A DNA stretch of 64,000 nt from Planctomycetota bacterium (GTDB taxonomy: Bacteria > Planctomycetota > JAJSAM01 > JAJVHW01), in NCBI GenBank assembly GCA_965248445.1, contig CBDFJG010000004.1, positions 1,088,001-1,152,000 on the forward strand, written 5' to 3'. Below the pieces are notes generated by a model. That model had not been told where the DNA came from and did not search any database. It saw nothing but the letters and a program-made list of their open reading frames with translations. The translations under genes were made by a program, and so were the position numbers. Positions 10,561-21,287 of this stretch are shown here, piece after piece. Within the stretch, counting starts at the first letter, position 1; every line of letters starts with the position of its first letter.

Positions 10561-11571
10561 CTACTTGTCGGGCCGCGACGCAACGACGGCGTCAAGCGTC
10601 TCCGGGACCCTTTTGGGTTCGCCCGCGAGGTAGTGGTCGGGGCGCGCGAGCACGTTGCGGATCTTAGCGCGCTGCCGCGGCCTGGGGTCCTGGTACTCGG
10701 AGTCGAGCCGGCGCAGCGCCGGCAGCGCCACGGGCGTTCCGAACGCGCCGAGGGCCTCGACTGATCGCTCCATCACCCACCAGTGGGCGTCGCGGAGCAT
10801 CACGGCGGCGTTCGCGTCGACGGCGTCGCTCCAGTGCGTGGCGCGTAGATCGTTGCAGGGGAGCCATGACGCGACGCCGTCGAGGTGCGCGCGGACCGCG
10901 TCCACGACGAGACGCGGTCCGACGCTGAATGGGACGTTGTCCCCTGAGCTGTAGCCGCAGAACTCACTCTCCAGCAAGCGGCGCTCGCCCGCGACTACGC
11001 GCGTCAGCACGAAGAAGTCGTTCGATGACCACCAGTGGCCCGCGCCAGGGTCTGCGTCCGGGCGGAGACGGAGTTCGGCAGTCGTGCGCGCCTCGGCGCG
11101 GGCGAGGTGCAAAAGTGGAGCGATGTCTGAGGTCGGGACGCGTGCGCGCCGAGCAGCGCACTGCCCAGAACGGCGACCAGGCCACTCGGTCACGTACGTC
11201 ACCTGCTCGACCGTGGTCATCTCGGCGCCTACCGAGAAGCGCACGAACTCGAGATCGCCTCCGTGCCCATTGCCCCACTGCACGTCGAAGGTGCACGGAG
11301 CGGTCACCTGGGCCGCCTCTGCCGAGGAGTCGATGACCAACTCGTACTGCTCCTTGTCGTAGTCCGCGCCGTCGAAGCTGGCGTCCACTCGCGCCTGTGC
11401 GGCGGCGAGACCGTAGTCGTCGTCCAGAGGGTCCGGGGCTGCCGCCTGGGCGACGCCGACGCCGTCGGCGTCGCGCACCGTCCCGAGCAAGCGGACACAG
11501 CCGGCCGCCGCCAGCGCAACGGCCAGTGCGAGGAACGCCGTACGGCGAGGGCTACTTGCCATGCTTTTCAT
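10561..11571 (-). CDS. Lipoprotein directly downstream of the Rhs tip, candidate immunity protein
   Basis: Lipobox-like LAAAGC. Its start overlaps the Rhs C-terminal frame, and it has a paralog at 8612-8422 + 48-1317. Confidence 0.65.
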   Translation of the reverse strand: MKSMASSPRRTAFLALAVALAAAGCVRLLGTVRDADGVGVAQAAAPDPLDDDYGLAAAQARVDASFDGADYDKEQYELVIDSSAEAAQVTAPCTFDVQWGNGHGGDLEFVRFSVGAEMTTVEQVTYVTEWPGRRSGQCAARRARVPTSDIAPLLHLARAEARTTAELRLRPDADPGAGHWWSSNDFFVLTRVVAGERRLLESEFCGYSSGDNVPFSVGPRLVVDAVRAHLDGVASWLPCNDLRATHWSDAVDANAAVMLRDAHWWVMERSVEALGAFGTPVALPALRRLDSEYQDPRPRQRAKIRNVLARPDHYLAGEPKRVPETLDAVVASRPDK

Positions 11572-14500
11572 TGTAGCCCTTCTGCTCCTTCGCGTTCTTG
11601 CCGTGGTCGGTGTCCTTGTCGTACTTCTCTTGGCTGTCCCTTCGCTTTTTCTCCGCTTGGTCCTTCTTCTTCTTGCGCTCCTTTTGCGACTTGTCGCTCT
11701 TCTCGCTGCCCTCGATTTGCACCGGGTCGTCGCCGTTCTTACCCTCTCCAGTCTCGTTCGCCTTTTTCGCGGCCGTCTCGTCGAGGTCTCTGTGGATTTC
11801 CTCGTGCTTCTTCACCCACTCGTCGCCGCTCGGGTAGAGGGAGACTGTCTCTATGACGAACACGCAGAACGTACCGAACGAGACGAACGTCACCCCATCC
11901 GAGGAGGTCATGCCGGTGTACGTGCCGAGCTTCGCCTTCAGTTCCCTGGCCGCTCTGCCCAACAGTTCGATCTCGGTGTCGGTGAGATCCATGGTCGCGG
12001 CGGCGGTCTCCACCGCATCGTCGATGTTGTCCTTCGTCTCCTTGTCGGTCTTGCCTGTGTCGTAGGGGACCGCCTTCCCTTGTAGTCGCTCTGTTTCTTC
12101 TTCGCGGCTTGGGCCTTCTTCTTGTCCTTCTTGTCGCTGAGTCCTAACGGGTCGGTCCTGGAGGTGGGCCCTCCGGAAACGTACGCCCGCGCGTTCGGGC
12201 CATCCACGTACTCCAGCGGATCCCGCTGCAGGAACCTCGCGTTCTCCGGATCGTAGTGCCGTGCCCGGTAGTAGAAGAGCCCCGTCTCTTCGTCCAGCCT
12301 CCGCGCCGTGTAGAGGAACGGATTCCCGATCTGCGAGCCGGACACCACCGAACTCCCGATGTCGAAGATCGTGGACTCCCCGTACGGCCCGTAGTCGTAG
12401 CTCTCGACCACGACCTCGTCCGGATCTGTGATGTGCGTGACCGACCCAACGAGCTGTTGGTGGTAGTAGAACCGCTTCAGCTCCGTGGTGTCGGCGTCGG
12501 CGTCGACATCCGCGACGTCGGCAGCCTCCATCATCACGATCTCGTCGAGCGCCTCGCCGAACGCGAAGACGCGCAGGAGGTCGTCCGAGCCGTCCAGCTC
12601 CTCGAGGCACTGCTGGTCGGCGTAGATGAACCGCGTCGTGTCCGACCCGACCACCTTCTCGATCCGACGGCCGCGCCCGACAGCGTCGTAGGAGTACGTG
12701 GCGACGACGTCCGTCGTGCCCGAGTCCTCCACCTTGATCAGGTGGTTGTGCCAGTCATAAGTGTATTCGTACGTGCCGTCGTCGGTGAGGTTGCCGTTGT
12801 CGTCGAACGTGCGTGACGTGCCGCCGACCGCGGAGTACTCGTTCATGCCGTTCGACGTGAAGCTGACGGTGGCGGCGCTCCCGCCCTGCGGCGTCGTCAC
12901 CACCGACGTGAAGTTGAGCACGTCGTCCAGGTTGTAGTCGATCTTGTCGACGTAGACGGTCGGGTTCGCGGGGTTGGTAGCGTCCTGCAGCACCTCGATC
13001 AGGCGGTTCGCCTGGTCATAGCCGTATGCGTCGCCCGCGTTCGACTGGTGTCGGCGCGTCTCGTAGAGCGGGTTGTCGTTCTTGTCCCAGCCGTACTCGA
13101 ACCCGGCGAACTCCGTGGCGCCCGAGTTCGCGTGCGCGAGGTCCGTCTGGCGACGGAAGCCGTCGTACAGGTAGCTCGACGTCGTCCCGTTCGCGAAGCT
13201 GACCTGCTTGCGCCGTGCGCCTGCGCCGTACAAGTCGAAGTCCGCGATGCCGGCGTCCGTCTTGTCGTCGATCGCCGTGAGGCGGTGGATCGTGTCGAAT
13301 TTGCGCCTCGCCTCGAAGCCGGACGGGTACGCGATCTTCGTCGAGTTCCCCTCTGCGTCGAACGTGAACGTCACGGTCTTGGCCGCAGAACCGAAGGGGT
13401 TCGGGCCCTGCTTCTCGGTCAGCGCGCGGCTGAGCGAGTCGTACGTGTACTGGACGATGGAGTCGTTGTCCTTGGCCTCGGTCAGACGGTCCAGCGCGTC
13501 GTACGCGAAGTCCTCGGCCGTGTCACCGCCGACGCCCGACCCGAGCGTGGCGTCGCGGTCGGTCAGACGGTTGATGTCGTCGTAGGCGCAGTCGACGTTC
13601 GTGCCATTCTGGTCGGTGAAGTCGATGACATTGTTCGCGTCGTCGTACGCGTACGTCGCCGTCTCAAGGTCGTCGTAGGTCGTCGTCGTCAGGCGTCCGA
13701 GATCGTCGTACGCGTAGCCCGTCGTGTTCGCGTTGTCGTCCTTCAGCTGGGTGACGTTGTCGAGGTCGTCGTACGTCCACTCGGTGACGATGTCGTCGGC
13801 CCCGGACATGTCGCGGGTCTGCTTCGTAACCCGGCCCAGGCCGTCGTGAACGAGGGTTGTGTTCCAGACCATGGGGTCGATCGTCTTCGCGACCACATTG
13901 CGGCTGTTCCACTTCCACTCCGTGACGTGCTTGTTCGTCGAGAGAGTGCGGTCGACCACCAGCTGCTTGGTGCGCCGGTTGATCGCGTCGAACTCGAAGT
14001 CCGTCACAAAGGCCTCGGTCGACTGCGATCCCGGGATCGCCTCAGTCTCGGTCAGCTTGGTGACGTTGCCGTTGTCGTCGTAGGCCCAGCCGACGTTGCT
14101 GCCCTCCGGATCGATGGCGCCGATGCGGCGCCCAGCGCCGTCGTACGTGAACGTCGTCGCGTCGTTGCGACGGTTCGTGCGCTTGGTGACGAGGCCGCGC
14201 TTGTCGAGTTCGAGCGTCCTCGTCACCCACGTGGTCGTCGTGTCGATCAGCGCGGCCTCCTCCTTGAAGAAGCGGTCCAGCTCGTCGTACGTGCTCTTCC
14301 TGTGCGCCATCAGCACGTCCGTGGTGCCTGCCTCCTCGAACCACTTCCGCTCGGTGACGTTGCTGTTCTTGTCGTAGACGGTCTCGACGTAGTGGGTGAT
14401 CGCGTTGATCGTCTTGTCGCGACGGTCAAACCCGTCGTACTCGTGCAGCGTCGCCTTGCTGCGCGGATCCGTGTACTGGGACAGGTTGCCGTTGGCGTCG

Positions 14501-16100
14501 TAGGCGTACTCGTGGACCGCGTTGATCGCGGGCGCCGCGCCTTCGTCACCGACCCGCTTGTGCAGGAGGTCGCGCTCGTCGTAGTGCAATGAGAACGCCA
14601 CGTCGCTGACGGCGACGCTGCTGCGGTGGTCGTTCGCGTCGTACGTGTAGTTCGTGATGCGGTTCGTGGACGCGCCGATCGCCTCGTTAGCCTGCAGCAT
14701 CCGATCCATCTCGGTGTAGGTGTAGTGCGTGTCCCACCACGCGAGCGGCGTGGACTGCGCCGTCCCGTTCTCGTCGATGTTCTTCACCTCGCGCAGCGTG
14801 ACGTTCAGGTTGCCGTCGTGGGCGAACTTCGTCTCGTACCCGAGACCCGTGGGATAGGCGATCTTGGTGACGTTGCCGTAGGCCTCGACCGTGTAGGTGG
14901 TCTTGTTGCCCTCGGGATCGGTGACCTCCTTGACGGCCCCCCAGTCCGTGTAGTCGTACGTCGTGACCAAGTCCAGCGTGCCGTCATCGACCTTGACCGT
15001 GTGAACGCGGCCCTTCTTGGCACTCGGCGTCGTGTAGTAGGCGTAGCTCGTCTTCTTGCCCTCGCCGTCCGTGCGCGAGGCGAGCGTGCCGTTCGCGTTG
15101 TACGTCAGCGTCTCGCTGATCTCCTGCGATGGGCTGATGTGCGTCGAGTCCGGGTAGTCGATCTGCGTCGGCTGCCCGTCCGAGTTGAGCGTGAAGTCGG
15201 TCTGGTTGCCCTCGGGATCGACGGAGGACGTGCGCCCCCAGAACTTCATGTCGTCGTACGCGATGCTCGTCACGAGGTCGGTCGCGTGGTTCGCCGCATC
15301 GACGTCCGTCTTGCGCCGGATCGAAGTCGGGAGCTTGACCGAGTTGAGCGTGAACTCTGTGCCGTTGCCGGCGGGAAGCTCGACCTCGGTCAGGTAGCCG
15401 TCGGCGTCGTGGGTCCACTCGGTGATCCAGCTGACCGGGTCGCTACTGCGGACGTCACGGTTGCTGAACTGCGTGAGCTTGGTCTTCGTCAGCTTGGTGC
15501 TGTGCCACTCCCAGTCGCGGTCGTTGCCGGCGCGGTCGGTGACGCTGGTCTTCTGGCTTCCCTGGTTCGTGTAGTCGAACTCGAGGTCGTCAGCGGGCCC
15601 GACCTTCTGGATGCTCACGCGATCGCTCGTGTCGTACTCGTTGTGCAGCCAGTGGTTGCCGCGGCCGTCGAGGACGACGGTCATGTTGTTGTTCAGCGAC
15701 CCGTCTGCAGAGCCGTTGATGTAGCGGAACTCGCGGACGATGCCGTTCGGGAAGCTGGTCGTCGCCGGGCCCTCGATGCGGGTCAGCTGCGCCTGGACGT
15801 TGTAGATGAACTTCCATACGCGGCCGTCGGCGTACGTGATCGTCTTGACGCGGCCTGTGTTGTAGTACGCGATCGTGTGGGACACCCCGCGCGTGTCGGC
15901 GATCGAGGTGAGCTGACCGGACCCGTTGTGCGTGGCGGTGATGGCGTTGCCGAACCGGTCCGTGATCGTGTCGATCTTCCCACCCGTGAATAGGAATTGA
16001 AGCCCGTCCGGGAACGTGTACGTGAAGTCGCCCGAGTCGGGATCGGTCTCCTCGAGTTTGCCGGTCCAGCCGCCATCATCGTGGTCCCAGCCCCGCGCAA
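11552..16100 (-). CDS. Rhs/YD-repeat protein with Rhs-associated core and HExxH C-terminal tip; frameshift at about 12078; N-terminus fused to the DUF4236 gene
   Basis: Dozens of YD repeats and the core NPFLYTARRLDEETGLFYYRARHYDP...FLQRDP...DPLGL. The tail continues in the 11552..12610 frame (HEEIH...YDKDTDHG). Confidence 0.9.
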
Positions 16101-16946
16101 CGGGATCCGTCTCGATGAACCGTGTTGTGCCGCCGCGAAGACGGAGTTGCGAGTACTCGAGGAACGCCGCGCCGCTGGCGTCGTACACGAGAAGTCCGTC
16201 CGGCAGGAGGTAGACGATTGCCGACCAATCTCGATGGCCGGGACGCGGATGTTCGTGTCGAGCCAGGGCGGATCTGCTGAGCCGACGCGCACGGCTTCGC
16301 GACCGATCAAGATGCCGGCGCCGGCCTGGCGCCGCTGATCGTTGGTCTCCTGCGCAGTCTGCACTCTCCAGACCTTCATCGAGCCCGCAAGCTCGTTGAA
16401 CGCCTCGATCAGGTGCGCGTACGCGGCATCCCAGGACTGCGACAGGTCGTACTTGACGCGCACGACGCGGCGCCGAGATTCCCAGTCCCAGAGCGCACCG
16501 ACACAGGCGGCCGCCACGGCGAATGCAACGACACCGGGGACGGCCCCGAACTTGAAGAACGCAATGCCGATCACGGGCGCCAACAGCACGGCACAACACC
16601 GGTCCCACCGGAAAGCGGTCGACGCCCAGGTGAGCTGTCGCGCCATGTCGTTCGCGCTAGAGCCCCCGCCGATGTCGCGCGCGTCCGCAAGTCGGAACAC
16701 CTTCACCGCGGCGTCGCCGCCGTCCGCCGGAGAGGCGTCGTCGGGGACGCGATCGCGGGGACTGGCGCGGGAGCCACCGAGTTCCTGTCGGTAGTACAGG
16801 CCGTGGCGCCCCGCGTGCACGTAGGAGCGCCCGTTCGGTCGCACGCCGTAGCGGAAGCCCTTGACACCGACGGAGGCGCCGACCCCGCTCTTCGAGAGGT
16901 TCAGGCGGATTGGTCCGACACGGATGCTCTTGCGCAAGTACCACAT
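16095..16946 (-). pseudogene. DUF4236-domain membrane protein, frameshifted near 16215 and truncated/fused into Rhs
   Basis: MWYLRKSIRVGPIRLNLSKSGVGASVGVKG is the DUF4236 signature. Two TMs follow, then TNI.VPAI.IGRQ / VYLLPD.LLVYD...TRFIE, which continues in the Rhs frame. Confidence 0.8.
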
Positions 16947-17023
16947 CGAACGCTCCTTTCCAGGGGGCGCGCGGACTTATCAGGACTCGTGACGATCGCT
17001 CCGTGCATCGGAGTCGTCCGTCG

Positions 17024-17440
17024 TCACGGGAGGCTAGGTCCGAAGGCCGCCTCAGCGACGCTCCAAGCCTCGTGATCGTCGTCGGGGTCGCCGAAGGCCG
17101 ACCCGTAGACGCTCCGCAGCTCGACGACGGCCGTTGTGGGATCCAGTCGTCGGGCCGTCAGGCTCCATGCGACTTGCGAAGTGAATCCGTCGGTGTGCAA
17201 GGCGACGACCTCGCCCGTGTCGCCGACTTCCAGCTCTCGGCGCGAGAAGAAGACACCGGGGATGGTACGGACCAGGCGAGCGGCTCTCTGGAGCGCCACG
17301 TCGCACGGTTGGCTGGCGGCCGCGCAGGGGTAGGCCCGAGTGGCGTCCGGGGGGCGCGCGGCTAGCTCGGCGGCTGTCCTGCACCCGGAGAGCGTTTGCA
17401 GAACGACGGCGAGCAGGAGGAGCGCGCGGCGAGCGCTCAC
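17024..17440 (-). CDS. Hypothetical lipoprotein
   Basis: LSGC lipobox. GTGA overlap with the upstream gene. Confidence 0.6.
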   Translation of the reverse strand: MSARRALLLLAVVLQTLSGCRTAAELAARPPDATRAYPCAAASQPCDVALQRAARLVRTIPGVFFSRRELEVGDTGEVVALHTDGFTSQVAWSLTARRLDPTTAVVELRSVYGSAFGDPDDDHEAWSVAEAAFGPSLP

Positions 17441-19734
17441 CTCAACCTCCAGACCTCGAACTCCATCTGGAACCTGCCGTCGTACCTCTTCAGGTCGTCG
17501 AGCGTCTCGAAGCCGTGCACAGTGAGCAAGAGCGTCACGGCGTCACCGTCGTTGAGTTGCTCGTGGAGCTGCGGATCCGGCACGCGCACCCAATGCTCCG
17601 CAGCCTGCGCTCCCCAGCGTCGATCGCTCTTCTTCTCGGCAGCCAGCAGGCGCCCCTTCACGCGAACGAGCGCCTCACCGTCCCTCACCCGCACGACGCT
17701 TCCCGGGATGGCGTACCGTCGCTTGGATGCACTCCGGTACTGCGTCCACGCGCTCGACCATCTCCCGGCCATGGCGTCGTCGGCGTAGTTCCACAACCAC
17801 CGCTGAAAAGACCCGAGGTCGAGAGGCGGTGGGTCGGTCGCGCGGTCCTCCGGCCCGGGGTTCGGCTCGAACACCCGCCGGTAGCGGTACGGCGCTTCCA
17901 GCGTCAGGCAGTTCACCGCCGTGGAGTAGATGCGTCCGCCCTCCGGCGCCCATGGGTCAACGGGGTCCCACGAGCCGACCTCATCGCGTTCTACGTCGGT
18001 GCGCTGGTGCTGCACGATGGCGGTCTCAGTCGCCGCTCTCCATCTGGGCCAGTACTTGCCGCCGACCTGGAACATCGAGAGCGTGGCGTAGTACCAGTAG
18101 TAGAAGTCGATCGCGCCTGCGTCGACGTCCCAACGCGGGGGCTTCTTGGCCATCAGCGCGGCGCCCTTCTTGATGAACTCGTTCCTCGCCGGGTCCTGGC
18201 CGGCGAAGATGCGCACGAGCAGTCCCACACCGGAGAGCGACTCGCTCTGGTCGGCCGGGAATTTCTCCTGCATGTCTTGCGTACGCGCCGGCGGACCGCC
18301 GCGACGCTGATAGCCGACGCGACCGGTCTTGGGATCGGTCATCTTCTCGATCCACGCCATGGCGCCGCGGAACGCGCCCGCGTCGACCTTGAGTTCCGCC
18401 ATCTTGGCGGACTTCAGCACCATCACGGCCCAGCCGGTGACGGACGTGTCGTTCTCCCCATCGCGGATGCCGTAGCGCCAGGCCAGGTAGGGGTTCTGCG
18501 ACTTGTGGACGAAGTTGACGCCGCGCTGTGCGGGTCGCTCGAAGATGGGCGACCCGGTCATGCCGTACGCCTCAACCATCGCCAGGGCGGCGCACATGTG
18601 GTTATACGTCCACTGGTGCCCGACCTGCGGGCCGAAGCAGCCCTCGCCGTCCTGGATGCCGGTGAGGTAGCGCAGGCCGCGCCCCACCGTCTCCTTGTGC
18701 TGGCCGCTGTTATGCGTCTCGCCCGCGCCGAGGAAGCAGAGGAGCGCGAGGCCGGACTGCGCCGGGTCGTACACGCTCTCGCCGGGGGCGCTGCACTGGT
18801 TGACCTTGCACAGGTCTTGGAACCCGTCGGAGTCCCAGTGGCCGCCGGGGCTCTGGTGGTTGCTCAGCCACTCGAGCGCGAGGTCCACGGCGACTTGCGA
18901 CTTGCGGCCGCCCTCGCTCCCACGCAGCTTGGCCCGAGCAGCTCGGCGGTCGCCGAATGCGTTGCCGCCGAGGACGCCGCCACTCGTGGGCTGCGTGTCT
19001 GCTGTGTCCTCCTCAGCAGGCACGGACACGCCGCCGGCAACGTCCGTCTTGGCTGGGCCTGGAACCGCCAGCCCGAGGGCCCAGTGGTAGAAGTTGAGAT
19101 CCCATCGCCGGCTGTCGATCCCGGTCGGGCTGACGCGGAAGTAGAGCGAGGTCTTGCCGGTCGGCACCCGCCCCGCGAACGCCGCCCCGGGAGCTGCTCG
19201 CGCGACCACCTCCGCATCGTCCGGAAGACCGCCAACGGTGATCACGTGCTGCGTGGTGCGGAAGCGCAGCTTGCCACAATCGGTGCTCACGACGTGATCG
19301 ACGGGCTCCGCTGCGAGCCCACTGCTGCGCTCGCTCAGACGGCGGTGCGAAACCTCAAGGCCGAACAGTTCGCCGTACGTGACGAGTTCGTCGTTCTCCA
19401 GCAGGAACTTCGCCTTCGTCGATGCGAGCCAGTTCCGGAACACCTGGCGTTGCACGGACGAGAGTGCATCGACATCCAGGTCGAGGGCGACGAAGTCCTC
19501 CGTGTACGCGGGGTTCTCGCGGAGTCGCCAGACGTCCGACTTCGTGACGTACCGGATGGTGGGCCGCTGCCCTGACCGGATCGCGGCGTCCATCTTCTCC
19601 AGGACCTCCGGCGGGATCACGTCCTCGTCCGCGACGCTCCTGTCCTGCGCGTCGGCCCGTTGCACGCGGAGCTGCGGCGCCCAGCACGCGACGAGGCAGA
19701 GCACCCCGCCGATCCCGATATGCGTTCGCTTCAT
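17437..19734 (-). CDS. Secreted chimeric protein with a central prenyltransferase/squalene-oxidase-repeat (alpha/alpha barrel) domain
   Basis: Signal peptide. LEWL..HQSPGG.W, LALLCFLGAG, IQD.EG.F, WRY....DTSVTGW, YYWYY, GSWDP, GGR.YSTA motifs are near-identical to 38853..40421. Confidence 0.85.
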   Translation of the reverse strand: MKRTHIGIGGVLCLVACWAPQLRVQRADAQDRSVADEDVIPPEVLEKMDAAIRSGQRPTIRYVTKSDVWRLRENPAYTEDFVALDLDVDALSSVQRQVFRNWLASTKAKFLLENDELVTYGELFGLEVSHRRLSERSSGLAAEPVDHVVSTDCGKLRFRTTQHVITVGGLPDDAEVVARAAPGAAFAGRVPTGKTSLYFRVSPTGIDSRRWDLNFYHWALGLAVPGPAKTDVAGGVSVPAEEDTADTQPTSGGVLGGNAFGDRRAARAKLRGSEGGRKSQVAVDLALEWLSNHQSPGGHWDSDGFQDLCKVNQCSAPGESVYDPAQSGLALLCFLGAGETHNSGQHKETVGRGLRYLTGIQDGEGCFGPQVGHQWTYNHMCAALAMVEAYGMTGSPIFERPAQRGVNFVHKSQNPYLAWRYGIRDGENDTSVTGWAVMVLKSAKMAELKVDAGAFRGAMAWIEKMTDPKTGRVGYQRRGGPPARTQDMQEKFPADQSESLSGVGLLVRIFAGQDPARNEFIKKGAALMAKKPPRWDVDAGAIDFYYWYYATLSMFQVGGKYWPRWRAATETAIVQHQRTDVERDEVGSWDPVDPWAPEGGRIYSTAVNCLTLEAPYRYRRVFEPNPGPEDRATDPPPLDLGSFQRWLWNYADDAMAGRWSSAWTQYRSASKRRYAIPGSVVRVRDGEALVRVKGRLLAAEKKSDRRWGAQAAEHWVRVPDPQLHEQLNDGDAVTLLLTVHGFETLDDLKRYDGRFQMEFEVWRLR

Positions 19735-19838
19735 CCCTCACCTCCTGCCGGAGTGGCCGAGTCGCGTTCCGAGCAAGCTTCGCGCGGACGCCCGCACTTC
19801 GCCAGCGTGACCTCGAAGCCGACGCCGGAGCGTGCCCG

Positions 19839-21245
19839 CTACCCATCTGCTTGGAAGGGGTCTGCGGGGAACTCACCGCCGGTCGGAGCTGCATCCGCGC
19901 CGGTGGCCGGCACGGCGGCGTCTCGCAACGCGAGTGTCTCGCGGTACTCCTGGGCCTCGGCGAGCAGCGTGAGTTCGAACGGCACGCCGCGCTTCTCAAG
20001 GGCGACGCCGATCTCATCCGTCGTGACGCGGAAGTACTCCTTCCGGCGGTTCACGAGGTTCACGCGGCGGTCGTCGAATTCGCGATGGAGCGCGGCCTCC
20101 AGGCCTGGGGCGTCCTCGGAGAACATCATGCCGTGGACGTCGAAGCCGAACGGCACCGACGCGTCCCCCAGTTCCTTCACGCGGTCCATCGGCTTGAGGC
20201 GCCTGGTCATCCCGATCTTGAGGATCCCGTCGCCGAACGACCCGACGTTGGACACGACGTAGACGAAGCCGGCGCGCGTCATCTGCGCGCGTGAGATCGC
20301 TCGCACCGTGTCCGAGTGCGCCTCGTCGAGCTGGGCCTGCAGTTTCTCGATCCGCTCGCTGAGGGCGTCGCGCTCCGCGCCATCGGCCGAGGCAATCTCT
20401 GCGCGTGCGGCCTCAAGCGCCCTTGCGTGCCGTGCCTCCTCGTCCTCCGCTTGCTTTCGCGCCTTCTCGATCTCCCGCTGCGCGCGTTCCTCGTCGCGCA
20501 TCTGCGCCCGGATGGCTCGCTGCTCCTCCGCCTCGGCCTGCTTCTTCTCGGCCATCTCGTGCCGTAGGCGGAGTTCCTCCAGCCGGAGCTTGTGGTAGCT
20601 CCACGTCAGCTCGATCTGCATGACGCCGCCGAGCTTGTTGATCGCGGCGAACGCCTTCTCTATCCGTGCTTCCATTCTCGTGACGTTGTTCCACTTCACC
20701 TTCGCAACGCAGGCATCGACCTCACCGTTGAACGCGCGCAGCAGGAGCTTTGCGTACTGCTTCTGCATCCGCTCGCCGTCGCGTCGGCTGCCACCGACTG
20801 TCCACTCCGCCAAGTAGTGCACCGCGCTACCGTCTCGCACCGCGCCGCGCTGCCGTTCGGAGAGACGCTTCAGGGCAGCCTTGTACTTCTCGGAGGTGTC
20901 GAAGTCGTAGTGCGGGCGATAGACCCCGAACGAGATGTCCTCCAGGTTGCCTTCCAGCAGATCGACATCGGCCTTGAGCCGGTCATGGAGCGCCTTCGCG
21001 TGCGTGTACGCTGCCTGCAGACTGGCGCGGCGTTCGGCAGCGGCGCTCTCGGCGCCTTCGATGGCGGCGCGAACGCCCAAGAGGTCCGCGCGCGCTTTCC
21101 GTGCGTCCTCCTCGGGATCGAGCACGCCCGCGAATCGCGCTTCGAGCGCACGGTGCTTCAACTCGAGGGCGCGCCTCCGGATCCAGAGGAACACGACGCC
21201 GGCGCTTGCACCGACCGCAACGAGGAAGACCAGGAACTCGAACAA
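19839..21245 (-). CDS. TM-DUF4041-GIY-YIG (T5orf172-like) nuclease, PD-lambda-1/SNIPE-like anti-phage protein
   Basis: N-terminal TM, coiled coil, KLLLRAFNGE.D (DUF4041), then AGFVYVVSNVGSFG..KIGMTRRL..RV.ELGDASVPF.FDVH...LE..LH..F...VN..N.RKE.F. Confidence 0.88.
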   Translation of the reverse strand: MFEFLVFLVAVGASAGVVFLWIRRRALELKHRALEARFAGVLDPEEDARKARADLLGVRAAIEGAESAAAERRASLQAAYTHAKALHDRLKADVDLLEGNLEDISFGVYRPHYDFDTSEKYKAALKRLSERQRGAVRDGSAVHYLAEWTVGGSRRDGERMQKQYAKLLLRAFNGEVDACVAKVKWNNVTRMEARIEKAFAAINKLGGVMQIELTWSYHKLRLEELRLRHEMAEKKQAEAEEQRAIRAQMRDEERAQREIEKARKQAEDEEARHARALEAARAEIASADGAERDALSERIEKLQAQLDEAHSDTVRAISRAQMTRAGFVYVVSNVGSFGDGILKIGMTRRLKPMDRVKELGDASVPFGFDVHGMMFSEDAPGLEAALHREFDDRRVNLVNRRKEYFRVTTDEIGVALEKRGVPFELTLLAEAQEYRETLALRDAAVPATGADAAPTGGEFPADPFQADG

Positions 21246-21287
21246 CGCTCTCTCCGTCTCGCTGCCGCGCTTAGAGGAGGTCTCTCT

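Noticed and set aside
13048..15993. Long plus-strand ORFs (514 aa, 455 aa) opposite Rhs
   Set aside because: Antisense shadows of a high-GC gene, with Val/Arg-rich translations and no motifs. The same applies to 17515..19575, 42397..44850, 47111..48382, 48712..50589 and 62312..63883.
16215..16608. First ~130 aa of the 1556-aa Rhs ORF
   Set aside because: An out-of-frame reading of the DUF4236 gene, not a real Rhs N-terminus.
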